From an uncultured virus (IMG/VR IMGVR_UViG_3300034375_008561) (lineage: Duplodnaviria; Heunggongvirae; Uroviricota; Caudoviricetes), in the IMG/VR virus record IMGVR_UViG_3300034375_008561: a stretch of 64,000 bases of DNA, one strand, 5' to 3'. The notes under the pieces were generated by a model, which saw nothing but the letters and a program-made list of their open reading frames with translations, did no database searches and was not told where the DNA came from. Positions 27,024 to 37,802 of this stretch are shown here, piece by piece (within the stretch, counting starts at the first letter, position 1; every line of letters starts with the position of its first letter). The position numbers and the translations under genes are program-made.

Positions 27024-29447
27024 ATGAATATGAATCAATCAATTAAGAGAGCTGTCAACGAAAGATTAAGCTCAGCAGCCAAGAATGCAGACAAGCAAGC
27101 ATGGTATAAAGAAAAAGCCAATACACTTAAAAATGACCACAACTCTCTTAGAGAATCTTATGGTCATGTCTCGGATTACAAGAGAATGATGGTTAACTAC
27201 AATCTCTTCAACAACATTATAGACCTAAAGGATTTTGAATATGTCTGTAAACCATTTGGTTCTGAGCAAGGTGAACTTCCTGCATCTATGGTAAACCGTG
27301 ATATATCCTCAGGTAAGCTGAAAGCTCTGTTTGGTATGGAGATGAAGAGACCAAACTCCTGGAAGACAATTGCTGTTAATCCAGAAGCTACTACTAGAAA
27401 AGAGCAGGAAGCTATGGGCAGATACAGAAACTTTGTTGTATCTGAGATAACTGGTCCAATTAGAAAACAGATTGAGACGAGAATTGCTCAGGAGAATTCT
27501 GGCAAAGAACTCACAGCTGAAGAGCAACAACAAGTTGCAGCAAGGATAGACCAGGAACTTAATTCCCAAACTCCTCTAGAAACAAAGAAATATATGGAGC
27601 GTGAGCACCAAGACCCAGCTGAGGTTATGACACATCAGCTCTTGGAATACATGATTCAGAAGACAGATATCAAAAGAAAATTTAATGAGGCATTCAAACA
27701 CCTTAGCTTATCAGCCAAGGAGTGTATGTATGTAGGTATCCTTAATGGAGAGCCTCAGGCATGGAATGTAAACTCATTACGCATACATACTAAAAGGTCA
27801 AGTATCTCTCCTTTTATAGAAGATGGAGAAAGTATGTCTGTAAAGTATAAAATGACACCATCAGAAATCTTACAACATTTTGGAGATGAATTAACAAATG
27901 AAGAAATAGATAGAATCTACTCTGCTTATATAGATGATAACTCAGGTGAAGACTTATTTGAGTTGGCAGAAAGAGTTGATGAAGATGGTGAGTATAGAGA
28001 CTATGCAAATATTGATGTACACCACTGTTTATGGAAGTCCCTTAGAAAGATGGCATTCTTATACTATACAGGTGCAGATGGGGCAGAAGCTGTTATGATA
28101 GTTGATGAGACTTATAAGCTTAACCCAGATGCTGGTGACATTAGAATAGAATTTGAATGGTTACCTGAAAGTTATCAGACTTGGATAATCCTCGATGATA
28201 TCTACGTTAACATGGAACCAATCCCAGGTCAGTTCAAAGATATTGACGACCTCTATAATTGTAAATTCCCATACTATGGAGTGTACTTAGATGATATGAA
28301 CTCAGTTCCTACTTCACCTATGGATAGACTAAAGGTTTATCAGTACTACTATAATATTGTAATGTATCGATTAGAATTACTTCTTGCCTCAGATAAAGGT
28401 AAGAAAGTTATGATGAACATTAATGCTATCCCTGACAGTGCAGGTATAGATATGGAGCAATGGACATACTTCTTTGAGAGTTCACCATTTATGTGGTTTA
28501 ACCCAAATGAAGAAGGAACAGGATATAATGATGTAAATACAATGGCTAAGACCATAGATTTATCATTAGCCTCTGACATTGCAAAGTATATTGAATTCGC
28601 TGAATATCTTAAAAGACAAGCTGGAGCCTCAATAGGTATTCCAGAAAGTGTTGAAGGTCAGGCTGATGCTAATCAAGCTGTGGGTACTAACAGACAGAAC
28701 CTTGTACAGACCTCAAATATCTTAGAACCATTCTTTGATATACACGCTACCTTTAAAAGAAATGTATTGGTTGCTCTTATAGAGACAGCCAAGATTGCTT
28801 ATGCTGGTAAGAATTCAGTAAAGCTTTCTTATGTATTAGATGATATGTCTATGAAAATGCTAGAGTTAGATGTAGACTTACTACAAGCCTCTAGAATTGG
28901 ACTGTTTGTTGCTAATGCTACCAAAGCTACTGAAGCTGTGGATAACATTAAGCAATTGGCTCATGCAGCTATGCAGAACCAAAAAGCAGAGCTATCAGAC
29001 ATTATGGCTGTCCTTAGAACTGAAGGAGTAGTAGAAGCTGAAGAAACTCTTAAAGTGGCTGAGAAGTCACGTAAAGCTGACGAAGCTGCTATTGAACAGA
29101 ACAGAGGCAAGCAGGCTCAAGAACTTGAGAAAATGAGACAAGATGGCTTAGATAAGCTACACAAGAATGATAAAGAGCTTGTTGTTCTTAAGGAAGGTGA
29201 AAGACGTAAAACTGTTATTGCTCAATCAGCTATTACAGGAATGTCCTTCAATCCAGATGCTGATGCAGATAATGATGGAGTAAATGACTTCCTTGAAGTT
29301 GCCAGAGATGGAGTGAAAGCTGACATTGAAAGAAGCAAAGCACAGCTAGACCGTGAAAAATTTGAGCAATCTAAGGTAGAACACAAGGATAAAATGAAGC
29401 TTGAAGGCAAAAAAATTAGCTCAGGAAACAAAAATCCAAAGAAATAG
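27024..29447 (+). CDS. portal protein
   Basis: ~800 aa directly after TerL, as in crAss-like gene order. Probable start 27024, after TAACTTTG at 27008-27015. Confidence 0.85.
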   Translation: MNMNQSIKRAVNERLSSAAKNADKQAWYKEKANTLKNDHNSLRESYGHVSDYKRMMVNYNLFNNIIDLKDFEYVCKPFGSEQGELPASMVNRDISSGKLKALFGMEMKRPNSWKTIAVNPEATTRKEQEAMGRYRNFVVSEITGPIRKQIETRIAQENSGKELTAEEQQQVAARIDQELNSQTPLETKKYMEREHQDPAEVMTHQLLEYMIQKTDIKRKFNEAFKHLSLSAKECMYVGILNGEPQAWNVNSLRIHTKRSSISPFIEDGESMSVKYKMTPSEILQHFGDELTNEEIDRIYSAYIDDNSGEDLFELAERVDEDGEYRDYANIDVHHCLWKSLRKMAFLYYTGADGAEAVMIVDETYKLNPDAGDIRIEFEWLPESYQTWIILDDIYVNMEPIPGQFKDIDDLYNCKFPYYGVYLDDMNSVPTSPMDRLKVYQYYYNIVMYRLELLLASDKGKKVMMNINAIPDSAGIDMEQWTYFFESSPFMWFNPNEEGTGYNDVNTMAKTIDLSLASDIAKYIEFAEYLKRQAGASIGIPESVEGQADANQAVGTNRQNLVQTSNILEPFFDIHATFKRNVLVALIETAKIAYAGKNSVKLSYVLDDMSMKMLELDVDLLQASRIGLFVANATKATEAVDNIKQLAHAAMQNQKAELSDIMAVLRTEGVVEAEETLKVAEKSRKADEAAIEQNRGKQAQELEKMRQDGLDKLHKNDKELVVLKEGERRKTVIAQSAITGMSFNPDADADNDGVNDFLEVARDGVKADIERSKAQLDREKFEQSKVEHKDKMKLEGKKISSGNKNPKK

Positions 29448-29518
29448 CTATTACACACTAATAAAAAATAATTAAGATTTATGTTAATTATTATTAATAT
29501 TTATTTTATATTTGCAGT

Positions 29519-30658
29519 ATGCTAAAAACAAATAATGATGAATTTGCTGGTTTATTCGATTCTGATGTAGCAGATGTTGACTTCTTTGCAGAAGAAGCAG
29601 CACCTACTGAAGGAGAAGAAGAAGCAGTAGATGATAAGAACCCTAAGGTTGAAGACAGTAAGCCTAAGGAAGAGCCCAAACCCGATGAAGACCTATTCAA
29701 AAAAGAAGAGGTAGTTATTACAGAAGAAGAAGAAGAGGAAGAAGAAGAAGAAGCAGGTGAACCAGAAGGTGAACCAAGTTCTGCTTTATCCACTTTAAAG
29801 AATCTCAAAGAAAAAGGTTATATCGATTATGAGCTAGAGGAAGGGGAAACCCTTACTGAACAAAAAGCTGAAGAGCTTATTGAGGATTCTTTTGACAATA
29901 TGTTTGAAGAAAGAATTGAAGAGTTGTTTGCAAATGTACCAGAAGTGGTCAAGCAAATGAACAAGTACGTATTACAAGGTGGTGACATCAATGCATTCTT
30001 AGACCAAGTGGCTACACAAAAATCCACAGGTATCTCAGTAGGCATGGACTTAACTGATGAGGCTAACCAAGAGTTAGTAGTCCGTAATGGATTAAAAGAT
30101 GAAGGGTATGACGATGAATACATTGCTGCCAACATTGAGTTTCTTAAAGACTCAAAAAGGATGGAGAGCGTTGCTGAGAAACAGTACAGTAAGTGGACAA
30201 AAGAATATAAGGTTAAACAAGCTGAGATTCTTGAATCTACAAAGAATGCTGAAAAAGAAGCAAAAGCTCAACGTCGAGAATTAAAAAATAAAGTGGTATC
30301 ATTCCTTGATGAAACAGAAACTGTTGAAGGATTTGCTGTCACTAGACAAGACAAAAAAGAGCTACCTACTTATATGTCTGATAGAACTATTCAATTAGAG
30401 AATGGAAATCAGGTAACAGGTATGCAAAAAGATTTAATGAGAGTTTTGAATAGCCCTACGGGTTCTATCCAAATAGCAAAGTTATTAAAAAATGCTAACG
30501 CAGATGGAGTTCTAAGTTTTGAAGAAATCAAGCAACATACAGAATCAAAGGTAACAGAGAAGGTTAGGGATAATGTTAGGCGAAATAAAAAGAGTGTTAT
30601 ATCAGGAGCAGGGGGAGTTAGAAAATCTAAAAAACCTTTAGCATCCTATTTTAATTAA
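29519..30658 (+). CDS. acidic scaffold-like protein
   Basis: Glu-rich N-terminus, basic C-terminus, between portal and capsid. Confidence 0.6.
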   Translation: MLKTNNDEFAGLFDSDVADVDFFAEEAAPTEGEEEAVDDKNPKVEDSKPKEEPKPDEDLFKKEEVVITEEEEEEEEEEAGEPEGEPSSALSTLKNLKEKGYIDYELEEGETLTEQKAEELIEDSFDNMFEERIEELFANVPEVVKQMNKYVLQGGDINAFLDQVATQKSTGISVGMDLTDEANQELVVRNGLKDEGYDDEYIAANIEFLKDSKRMESVAEKQYSKWTKEYKVKQAEILESTKNAEKEAKAQRRELKNKVVSFLDETETVEGFAVTRQDKKELPTYMSDRTIQLENGNQVTGMQKDLMRVLNSPTGSIQIAKLLKNANADGVLSFEEIKQHTESKVTEKVRDNVRRNKKSVISGAGGVRKSKKPLASYFN

Positions 30659-30675
30659 AACTAAATATTTAATTT

Positions 30676-32157
30676 ATGGCAACTAAAATTAACAAATTGC
30701 AGGTAAGACAAGCCAAGTTTAATTCCACTAGGATGACTGACTTAAACCACTGGAGTAACCAGTTGGCTATCAAACCTACTGTCTTTGAGGCACCAACAAG
30801 AGCAATCTTTGCATCAAAAACAAATAGCCTAAATCTTTCCTCTGGTAATGTATTGGAAGGTATCTTCGGGCTAGGAAAAACGAAGTATATTGATGACCTT
30901 AACTGGTCATGGAAAATGAAAGTTAAAGGATTCCGTCCTATGACTATCATTGAGAACAGAACAGCTGGAAACACTCCAGGTAAATATCGTGGAGACATCG
31001 AAGTATTAGTAGATGTTGACCTATTTGCTATTGGTGAATCAATTGGACCTGGTTCCTCTGACAAGTCTCAAGTGGTAACTGTAACTAATAAGACTAAAGA
31101 GGGAGCTCGTGGATTCGTGTATACCTTAAAGACTTATACTGAAGGTGCAGAGCATTTTATCAATCCTAAGTACCTTAAGCCAGGAACTAAATGGACTCGT
31201 ATGTTTACCATGCGTGGTGAAGCTGCAGAAAGTGGGTCTCACACTGAGAACTACACTAATGTAGAGTACAAAAACTCATTGGTTAAACTTCGTAAGGAGT
31301 ACAAAGTAACTGATTTCGCTGCACAAGCAGTGGTTGAAATTGCTTTCCAAGATGATGAGGGTGGAGTACACAAATCATGGATGGACAAACAAGAAGCTGA
31401 TTACTACATGGCAATGAATAAAGAAATGGCAACATTTGCTCTTTATTCTCGTTTAGGTGACCAACCTCTTATCGACCCAGATTCAGGATACCCAATCAAT
31501 CCAGGTGCTGGTATGGAGCAACAAATTGGTTTTGGTGGAAATGTAGAGCGTTATACTACAATGTCTGCTGAGCTAATTGAAGCTTTCTTTGATAGAATCG
31601 TATACTCTAGAATAAATCCAGGAGATTTAGGAGAAGTTATGGGATTATCAGGTCATTATGGAATGAAAGAGTATGCTAAAGCATTAGATACTTGGACAGG
31701 TGGTAAAGCTATTGTTCGTGAATCTTCTACCTTTATTAAAGGTACTGAAGGTATGAGTAATAACTCACTAAGAACTGGTTATCAGTTTGTAACTTATGAC
31801 CTACCAACAGGTGGTTCATTCAAGTTAGTTCATAATGCTATGAATGATGATAAGTCTATTCACCGTGATATTGACCCATTAACTGGTGTTCCATTACAAT
31901 CACAGCGAATTACTATCCTTGATGTAACAGGTGGTAATGGTGATAGCTTAGCTAAAGATAACATTTGCTTGGTTCGTAAGAATAAAGTATATGGTAGCAC
32001 ACGAATTTTAGGACGAGTTGGACCAGGTGGTGTAAGTACTGGAGACAGAGCTACACACTCAGGAGATTACTACGAAGTACATATCTCAGATAGTATCGGA
32101 GTACAAATTACTGACTCAACTGTAACTGGGGAACTAGTTAAATCAGTGAATGAATAA
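30676..32157 (+). CDS. major capsid protein
   Basis: 493 aa in the crAss-like TerL-portal-scaffold-MCP order. YPINPGAGMEQQI, FKLVHN..DD, DPLTGVP, HSGDYY. Confidence 0.88.
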   Translation: MATKINKLQVRQAKFNSTRMTDLNHWSNQLAIKPTVFEAPTRAIFASKTNSLNLSSGNVLEGIFGLGKTKYIDDLNWSWKMKVKGFRPMTIIENRTAGNTPGKYRGDIEVLVDVDLFAIGESIGPGSSDKSQVVTVTNKTKEGARGFVYTLKTYTEGAEHFINPKYLKPGTKWTRMFTMRGEAAESGSHTENYTNVEYKNSLVKLRKEYKVTDFAAQAVVEIAFQDDEGGVHKSWMDKQEADYYMAMNKEMATFALYSRLGDQPLIDPDSGYPINPGAGMEQQIGFGGNVERYTTMSAELIEAFFDRIVYSRINPGDLGEVMGLSGHYGMKEYAKALDTWTGGKAIVRESSTFIKGTEGMSNNSLRTGYQFVTYDLPTGGSFKLVHNAMNDDKSIHRDIDPLTGVPLQSQRITILDVTGGNGDSLAKDNICLVRKNKVYGSTRILGRVGPGGVSTGDRATHSGDYYEVHISDSIGVQITDSTVTGELVKSVNE

Positions 32158-32170
32158 TTAAAATTAGAGC

Positions 32171-32989
32171 ATGGTAGATAAAGATTTAAAAATAGAAATC
32201 AGACCAATACCAGGACGAAATGGTATAAAAAGTTTTTCCGAAAACTTGGAGTACTTTAGTCAGGCTCATATCTTAGCTCCTTTTGTAAACCCTGTGACGT
32301 TGAAATACAGCACAGGGTTAGCAGAGGAGGATGTAGCACAATTGAAAAAGGGAGGATTCCCTTATAATATTGATGATACATATAGAAGAGGTGTGCCACA
32401 TGAATTCTGGGAAAGTTCGATAGTAAAGGTAGAATTAAGCAATAGTCCAATCTTCTTATATCCAGGCAAAAATCAAATTGACTTTATTAAATACAAGTAT
32501 TTACTCGTAAACAACTATATTTATAAAAGTGAAGATGAGATGTTGACTGGAAGTAAGCCAGAAGCTACACACTATATTTATGATGAAGGTGCAGCCAATA
32601 AGATTAAAGCAACCAAACTTGATAGGAGAAACAGTCTCGTGAGACAAGTATCTGACCTTTCTTTAACTAGAAAAAGACAGATTATTCTTATCATACTTAA
32701 TGAAAACACAGATAATAAGGATGAAGATTATTTAACTGTAAGATTTGAGGACATATTTAATAAAAAAGAGTTATCTTTGGAACTTAAAATGTTATTGGAG
32801 CGAGATAAGAAAGAAGTTGCATTAGCAGCTGATATTAAATCAGCAATTCAAAAGAATGTGCTAAAACGCACAAAACAAGGAATTTTCTATTTTGAGACCA
32901 ATTTAGGTTTCAATGAGGAGGACGTTAGGAAAACCCTGAGTTCACCTGATAACCAAGAGATTTTATTACATATAAAATCCAAAATTTAA
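32171..32989 (+). CDS. conserved crAss-like protein downstream of MCP
   Basis: 272 aa, synteny. Confidence 0.65.
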   Translation: MVDKDLKIEIRPIPGRNGIKSFSENLEYFSQAHILAPFVNPVTLKYSTGLAEEDVAQLKKGGFPYNIDDTYRRGVPHEFWESSIVKVELSNSPIFLYPGKNQIDFIKYKYLLVNNYIYKSEDEMLTGSKPEATHYIYDEGAANKIKATKLDRRNSLVRQVSDLSLTRKRQIILIILNENTDNKDEDYLTVRFEDIFNKKELSLELKMLLERDKKEVALAADIKSAIQKNVLKRTKQGIFYFETNLGFNEEDVRKTLSSPDNQEILLHIKSKI

Positions 32990-32995
32990 TAACTT

Positions 32996-34219
32996 ATGAA
33001 AAATACATTAGCAGACAACAAGCAGCTTTTCAACGTAAAAGCAATTGGAGATTCAAAAACACTAGACCTATTATTGGATGGTGAATTTGGAGTCTTTGCA
33101 AAGGGAGCTACTACCTCAGTGGCAGCAGCAACTGCCTTTGCAGCCCTTCCAGATGAGTTTCGCTTTATTGCGAAATTAGATGGAAAGGTATATTACAGTT
33201 TTGACACAATCAAGAAATCTTCAATTATAAACGTTGCTGAAAGCCCTTATGTTGCTCCAGCTGTGAATATATGGGAAGCCACAGTGGCAAGTTCAGAGTG
33301 TGATTGCATTAGTGCAGCTACATTAAGAATTGGTCTAGATGAGGAGTCTTTGATGCGTGAAAGAGGATTGTCTTGGGTAAACATGGACAGTACAGTAGTT
33401 AATGCTCCAACAGAGCTAACTAGTGCTTGTGATTGTACAGGTAACCCAACTTATGATAATCACATTATCACATCTGAATTATTCAGTCAAGTGAATAATT
33501 CTGAATCACCATTTTACATTGCAAAGGTACGCTTTGATGTGACAGGATTAACCACTTATGCAGATGATACTGCACGAGATGCAGCTATCCCAGCTCCAGT
33601 AGGAGGTGAGATTGTATTGAACACTGCAGATGCATTTATGCAAGTTTATGACTTAGCAACAACTGCATGGGTTGATGTAGCTAGTTTAACTGGTTACTTC
33701 ACTGATAAAGCAGCAATCACTGCTTTCATCACAGCTACTAAAGCTCTTAACACTGACAGCAATGACGTAACTGATACTGAGAAGTTGATTTTAGTTCTTG
33801 AAGGTGTTCCAGCAACAGCTCGTAATTACAAGGACCTAGATGTAAATTATATCTATCCTCGTGGTGTTAGATTATCACCAGCAATAACTCTTAATGGGGA
33901 CAGTGGTCCTTCTATTGAGTTCACTGAAACACAAGAACTTGTGTATGAAGTAAATGCAGGTGCTGACCTAAGAGCAGAAGAGTTTGAGTGCATGTCATTG
34001 CATACTAACTTGAATCACTATCCTCAGTTATCTGATGGTATTGCTTCAGGAGATTTAATCTTCCAATTTGAGAATGGTCAAACATACAGCTCAATTAACT
34101 TTGAGTTCTCAACGGATAAAGTAAATCGCAATGATGGTGATAAGCGTAACTTCAATGTCTTACTGGCAACAGATGATGGAGGAGTTTATGCTCAATTACA
34201 AAACATGTTTGTAGCATAA
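32996..34219 (+). CDS. putative auxiliary capsid/structural protein
   Basis: 407 aa, Ala/Thr-rich, synteny. Confidence 0.55.
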   Translation: MKNTLADNKQLFNVKAIGDSKTLDLLLDGEFGVFAKGATTSVAAATAFAALPDEFRFIAKLDGKVYYSFDTIKKSSIINVAESPYVAPAVNIWEATVASSECDCISAATLRIGLDEESLMRERGLSWVNMDSTVVNAPTELTSACDCTGNPTYDNHIITSELFSQVNNSESPFYIAKVRFDVTGLTTYADDTARDAAIPAPVGGEIVLNTADAFMQVYDLATTAWVDVASLTGYFTDKAAITAFITATKALNTDSNDVTDTEKLILVLEGVPATARNYKDLDVNYIYPRGVRLSPAITLNGDSGPSIEFTETQELVYEVNAGADLRAEEFECMSLHTNLNHYPQLSDGIASGDLIFQFENGQTYSSINFEFSTDKVNRNDGDKRNFNVLLATDDGGVYAQLQNMFVA

Positions 34220-34238
34220 TAACTAAAAAAAGGAAACT

Positions 34239-34943
34239 GTGGACATAAAGGACATGCATTATGACTTCAAATCGAAGTTTAATAAAATTGACAGTCAATC
34301 ATACAGGAATCTTCGGGTTCCTGAGATTGATTGGATACTTAATGAAGCACAGGAACTTTTTGTAAAGATGGTAGCAAAGCCTAGGGTGAAAAACTCCCTA
34401 GGTTTTGAAACCTCTCAAAGAACAATAGATGATATCAGACCTCTAGTAGTTAAAGCTACACTAGGTTTATTAAATGGAACTGTATATACTCTTCCTAGTG
34501 ACTATTGGTTCTACTTGAGAGCAAGAGCTGTTTTAACCAAAGGAACTTGCAGAAATTTCCCAGCTGTTGTTAGAATTCAGCAGCTAGATGATGAGTTTGA
34601 AGAAGACCCATTTACAGCATCTTCATTTGAATGGAGAGAGGTAAATGGCGTTTTTAATTCACAAGGATTACAGTTATTCACAGATGGCACATTTTCATAT
34701 CAAAGTGTCAAGATGGATTACATTAAAAAATTAGAATACATACACAATGCAGAAGATTTTAGAGCTGGTGGGTATAATTTACCTTCAGGTATTGCCCTAA
34801 CAGGGACTAATGATTGTATTTTACCTGAGGGAACACACAGAGAAATTGTGGACCTCGCAGTTATGTTGGCTTCAGCAAATATTCAATCTCCTGATTGGCA
34901 ACAGAAACTTGCAAAAATTAACCTAAACATACCACTCTCATGA
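34239..34943 (+). CDS. tail ring (adaptor) protein
   Basis: EIDWILNEAQ...FETSQRTIDDIRPLV...LPSDY...HREIVDLAV. Confidence 0.65.
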   Translation: MDIKDMHYDFKSKFNKIDSQSYRNLRVPEIDWILNEAQELFVKMVAKPRVKNSLGFETSQRTIDDIRPLVVKATLGLLNGTVYTLPSDYWFYLRARAVLTKGTCRNFPAVVRIQQLDDEFEEDPFTASSFEWREVNGVFNSQGLQLFTDGTFSYQSVKMDYIKKLEYIHNAEDFRAGGYNLPSGIALTGTNDCILPEGTHREIVDLAVMLASANIQSPDWQQKLAKINLNIPLS

Positions 34944-35569
34944 ATATAAACCTATTAGAAATAAATGCAGATGCCTCCTATATTGTGGCATCAGTTACAG
35001 TTGAGGCTGGTAACAGAGTAGCAAATGTATATGCCTGGAATCAGGAAACATACAAGACTGCTGCTGATGTTATTGACTTATCAAGCTTATTAGAGGGAAC
35101 CTCAGAAGATGAGGATTTTACAATTCCAGCAAGTGCCCTAGGTACTGAGTCTATCTCTGGTGTGTGGATTATTGAGTTCTATGCAAATAATAGTACAATA
35201 GACCCACTAGTAGGAGACTCCAAAACAAATATACCAACAGTTGATGATGAAGCTCCAGTAGAAGGATTAGTAGCTAACTTAATTGGCTACCATGAGTGTG
35301 TATTAGAAAAAGGATTAAACATAGTCGTAAAAGACTGTAAGATACAAAGAGATAACTGTGGAAATACAGACTCTCTTATATTTGCAGCAACTCTATTAGA
35401 TTTGTTGCACCAAGCTTTGACATTTAGTCAAACAGAAGAGGCAATTAGGATAGCAAGTGCCCTAGATGATGTATGTGATATTTGTGCAGGGTGCCCAGAT
35501 TATGCCCCAGGATTATCAAACATTGGCTATGGTTTTAAAACAGTAGATAATGTGATAACTCCTACATAA
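34940..35569 (+). CDS. putative tail hub/structural protein
   Basis: 209 aa, Cys-containing C-terminus, synteny. Confidence 0.5.
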   Translation: MNINLLEINADASYIVASVTVEAGNRVANVYAWNQETYKTAADVIDLSSLLEGTSEDEDFTIPASALGTESISGVWIIEFYANNSTIDPLVGDSKTNIPTVDDEAPVEGLVANLIGYHECVLEKGLNIVVKDCKIQRDNCGNTDSLIFAATLLDLLHQALTFSQTEEAIRIASALDDVCDICAGCPDYAPGLSNIGYGFKTVDNVITPT

Positions 35570-35570
35570 G

Positions 35571-35924
35571 ATGGCAACAGCAGATAACAATGTAAATATA
35601 TTAATAGGTAGTACCATTAAGGCTTTGGACAGGAAGATTATTCTTGGAGGTCCAGCCACTACAATGATGATTGCCTTATATAGCACTTTAGTAAAACAAC
35701 GTGCCTATGCCAGTGTTCAAGTGGCAGCAGGAAATGTCGAGTATTCAGAAAAAATCACTAAACTAGATGAATTATTATTTAAACTTAAGTATGGATGTAC
35801 TGATATCTGTAATTACTACAAGCAAATTGAAGGAGCTATTTTAATAAACTTCAAGATAAGTAATGCTACTATCACAATTGATACTCAGGAACTAAAAATA
35901 AGTCAACTACAAATCATAACATAA
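35571..35924 (+). CDS. putative structural protein
   Basis: 117 aa, synteny. Confidence 0.5.
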   Translation: MATADNNVNILIGSTIKALDRKIILGGPATTMMIALYSTLVKQRAYASVQVAAGNVEYSEKITKLDELLFKLKYGCTDICNYYKQIEGAILINFKISNATITIDTQELKISQLQIIT

Positions 35925-37802
35925 ATGGCACAACAAAACTTTAATGTAGGCACACCTAATGGAGATAATGGAGATTTTGTCCGTGATGCTTTTAACAAAA
36001 TAGAAGACAACTTCACAGAACTTTATAACTACAATACTAATGTAGTTGATGTATATGCTCAATGGACATCAAATCTAAACTTCGTTGTTACTGCACAATC
36101 ATTTCCAGTTGCTGGAGAATGGTATAGTATAGGAGGAGAATTCGGTTTAACTTTAGATGCAGCTGACCCAACCTTTGATAGGTTTGATTTATTTGTGGCT
36201 GATATAGATGGCTCAATTAAAAAAATTACAGGAACTCCAGCAGCATCTCCTGCTGAACCAAACTATGATTTCCAAACACAATATCCAATCAAATTTATTA
36301 GAGTACAGGCTGCAGCAACAGACCCAGGAGGATACTCAGGAGAAGCAGTATTTAATGAGGATTTAGGAGAACCAGGAGAATGGATATATACACCAGCCCC
36401 AACAAATGTTGTAACTAGTGTTAGTACACATTCAGGGACTAAATCAGTTGAAGCTACAAACTGTGTAAATGACAAAGTAAAATTTAGCAAGAGTACAGCA
36501 GTACCCACTTCAAATATAAATACCTTAACTTTCTGGATACTTCAAAAGGAAGCTTGGGACATCAAAGCAGTAATTTATGTAGACCTATATAATACTTTAG
36601 GGATAGCTGAGGTACCACCAGAAAGAATTACTATTCGTAATGGACAATATGGATATAACCCTTTAAATACCAGTTGGCAAAAAATAACTCTTGACTTTGA
36701 CACAGTTGTTACATCAGGTTTTTCTGGTTTAACTAGTATCCCAACACAAGGTGTTAATTTATCAAGTATAGACAAGATTCAGATATTACCTTACAGAGGA
36801 GGATTTGCTAATAATGGATATTTTATTGATGAAGTTGACTTACAATTTCATGAGGTCATTATCGCACCACCTTCACCGACTACTTCAGAACTTATAAATA
36901 ATGGAACTGACGGAACTGACACTTATGTAGAATTAGGGGAATTGGGGGCAGTGGCTGTAAGTAATGATTATGTGGATTTACTTAACAAACCTACTTTAAG
37001 TTCTGATTTCACAAATGATGGAGCTGATAATACATCTACTTATGTTGAGCATGACGAATTAGGAGCAGCAGCCACATCAAATGACTATACTGACTTAGAC
37101 AATACACCTTTACCATATTATAAAGGTCTTTATGTAAGTTTAGCAGCTTTAAATATTGCACATCCAACAGCTAATGCTGGGGACTACGCAAATGTAGACC
37201 CAGGAGTAGCAAGTGATGTAACAAGGTATATTTGGGATGCTGATGATAATATTTGGGTTCAAGCAACAGGAGCACTTGTAGTAAATACATCTGACTTAGC
37301 AAATGATGGTGCAGATGGTACATCAACCTTTGTGGAAAATGATGAAATAGCAGCTGTGGCAAATAGTGGTAGTTATACTGACTTAATAAATGTCCCATTA
37401 GCTGTACAAACAGTTGAGTTGGCTGAGGTAACTATCTTACCAGCTGCTCTGTTAGACTTGCTTGCAACACCAGTTCTTTGTGTTGCAAAAGGAGGACCAA
37501 ATACAGTTATTAAGATTCTTGCAATTTCAGGATACATAACATACAATTCAGTAGCTTACGATTTCATAGAGAATCTAGAATTTAAGTATTCCACTAGTGG
37601 AGTTATTATTAATATAGGTACATTTGCTGATTGGAATGCTGTTGCAACAGGAGCCTTTGATATTGATAAGACAGGAGCTAGTGGTGGACCTTTAGGTATA
37701 GATGAGAATGTAACAGTCTCAGTGCCAACAACAGATGCAACTGTGGGTGATAGTACAATAAAATTGTCTATCCTTTACACAATCCAAGATTTCACATTTT
37801 AA
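35925..37802 (+). CDS. tail fibre protein with carbohydrate-binding-like domain and three internal repeats
   Basis: N-terminal NVGTPNGDNGDFVRDAFNKIEDNFTELY, WQKITLDF...FIDEV, three ~38-aa repeats. Confidence 0.7.
   Translation: MAQQNFNVGTPNGDNGDFVRDAFNKIEDNFTELYNYNTNVVDVYAQWTSNLNFVVTAQSFPVAGEWYSIGGEFGLTLDAADPTFDRFDLFVADIDGSIKKITGTPAASPAEPNYDFQTQYPIKFIRVQAAATDPGGYSGEAVFNEDLGEPGEWIYTPAPTNVVTSVSTHSGTKSVEATNCVNDKVKFSKSTAVPTSNINTLTFWILQKEAWDIKAVIYVDLYNTLGIAEVPPERITIRNGQYGYNPLNTSWQKITLDFDTVVTSGFSGLTSIPTQGVNLSSIDKIQILPYRGGFANNGYFIDEVDLQFHEVIIAPPSPTTSELINNGTDGTDTYVELGELGAVAVSNDYVDLLNKPTLSSDFTNDGADNTSTYVEHDELGAAATSNDYTDLDNTPLPYYKGLYVSLAALNIAHPTANAGDYANVDPGVASDVTRYIWDADDNIWVQATGALVVNTSDLANDGADGTSTFVENDEIAAVANSGSYTDLINVPLAVQTVELAEVTILPAALLDLLATPVLCVAKGGPNTVIKILAISGYITYNSVAYDFIENLEFKYSTSGVIINIGTFADWNAVATGAFDIDKTGASGGPLGIDENVTVSVPTTDATVGDSTIKLSILYTIQDFTF

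Noticed and set aside
29720..29755. (GAA)n simple repeat
   Set aside because: It encodes the poly-Glu tract of the scaffold-like protein
24842..32157. Introns or inteins in TerL, portal or MCP
   Set aside because: ORFs are continuous, of expected size, with no intein or homing endonuclease motifs seen
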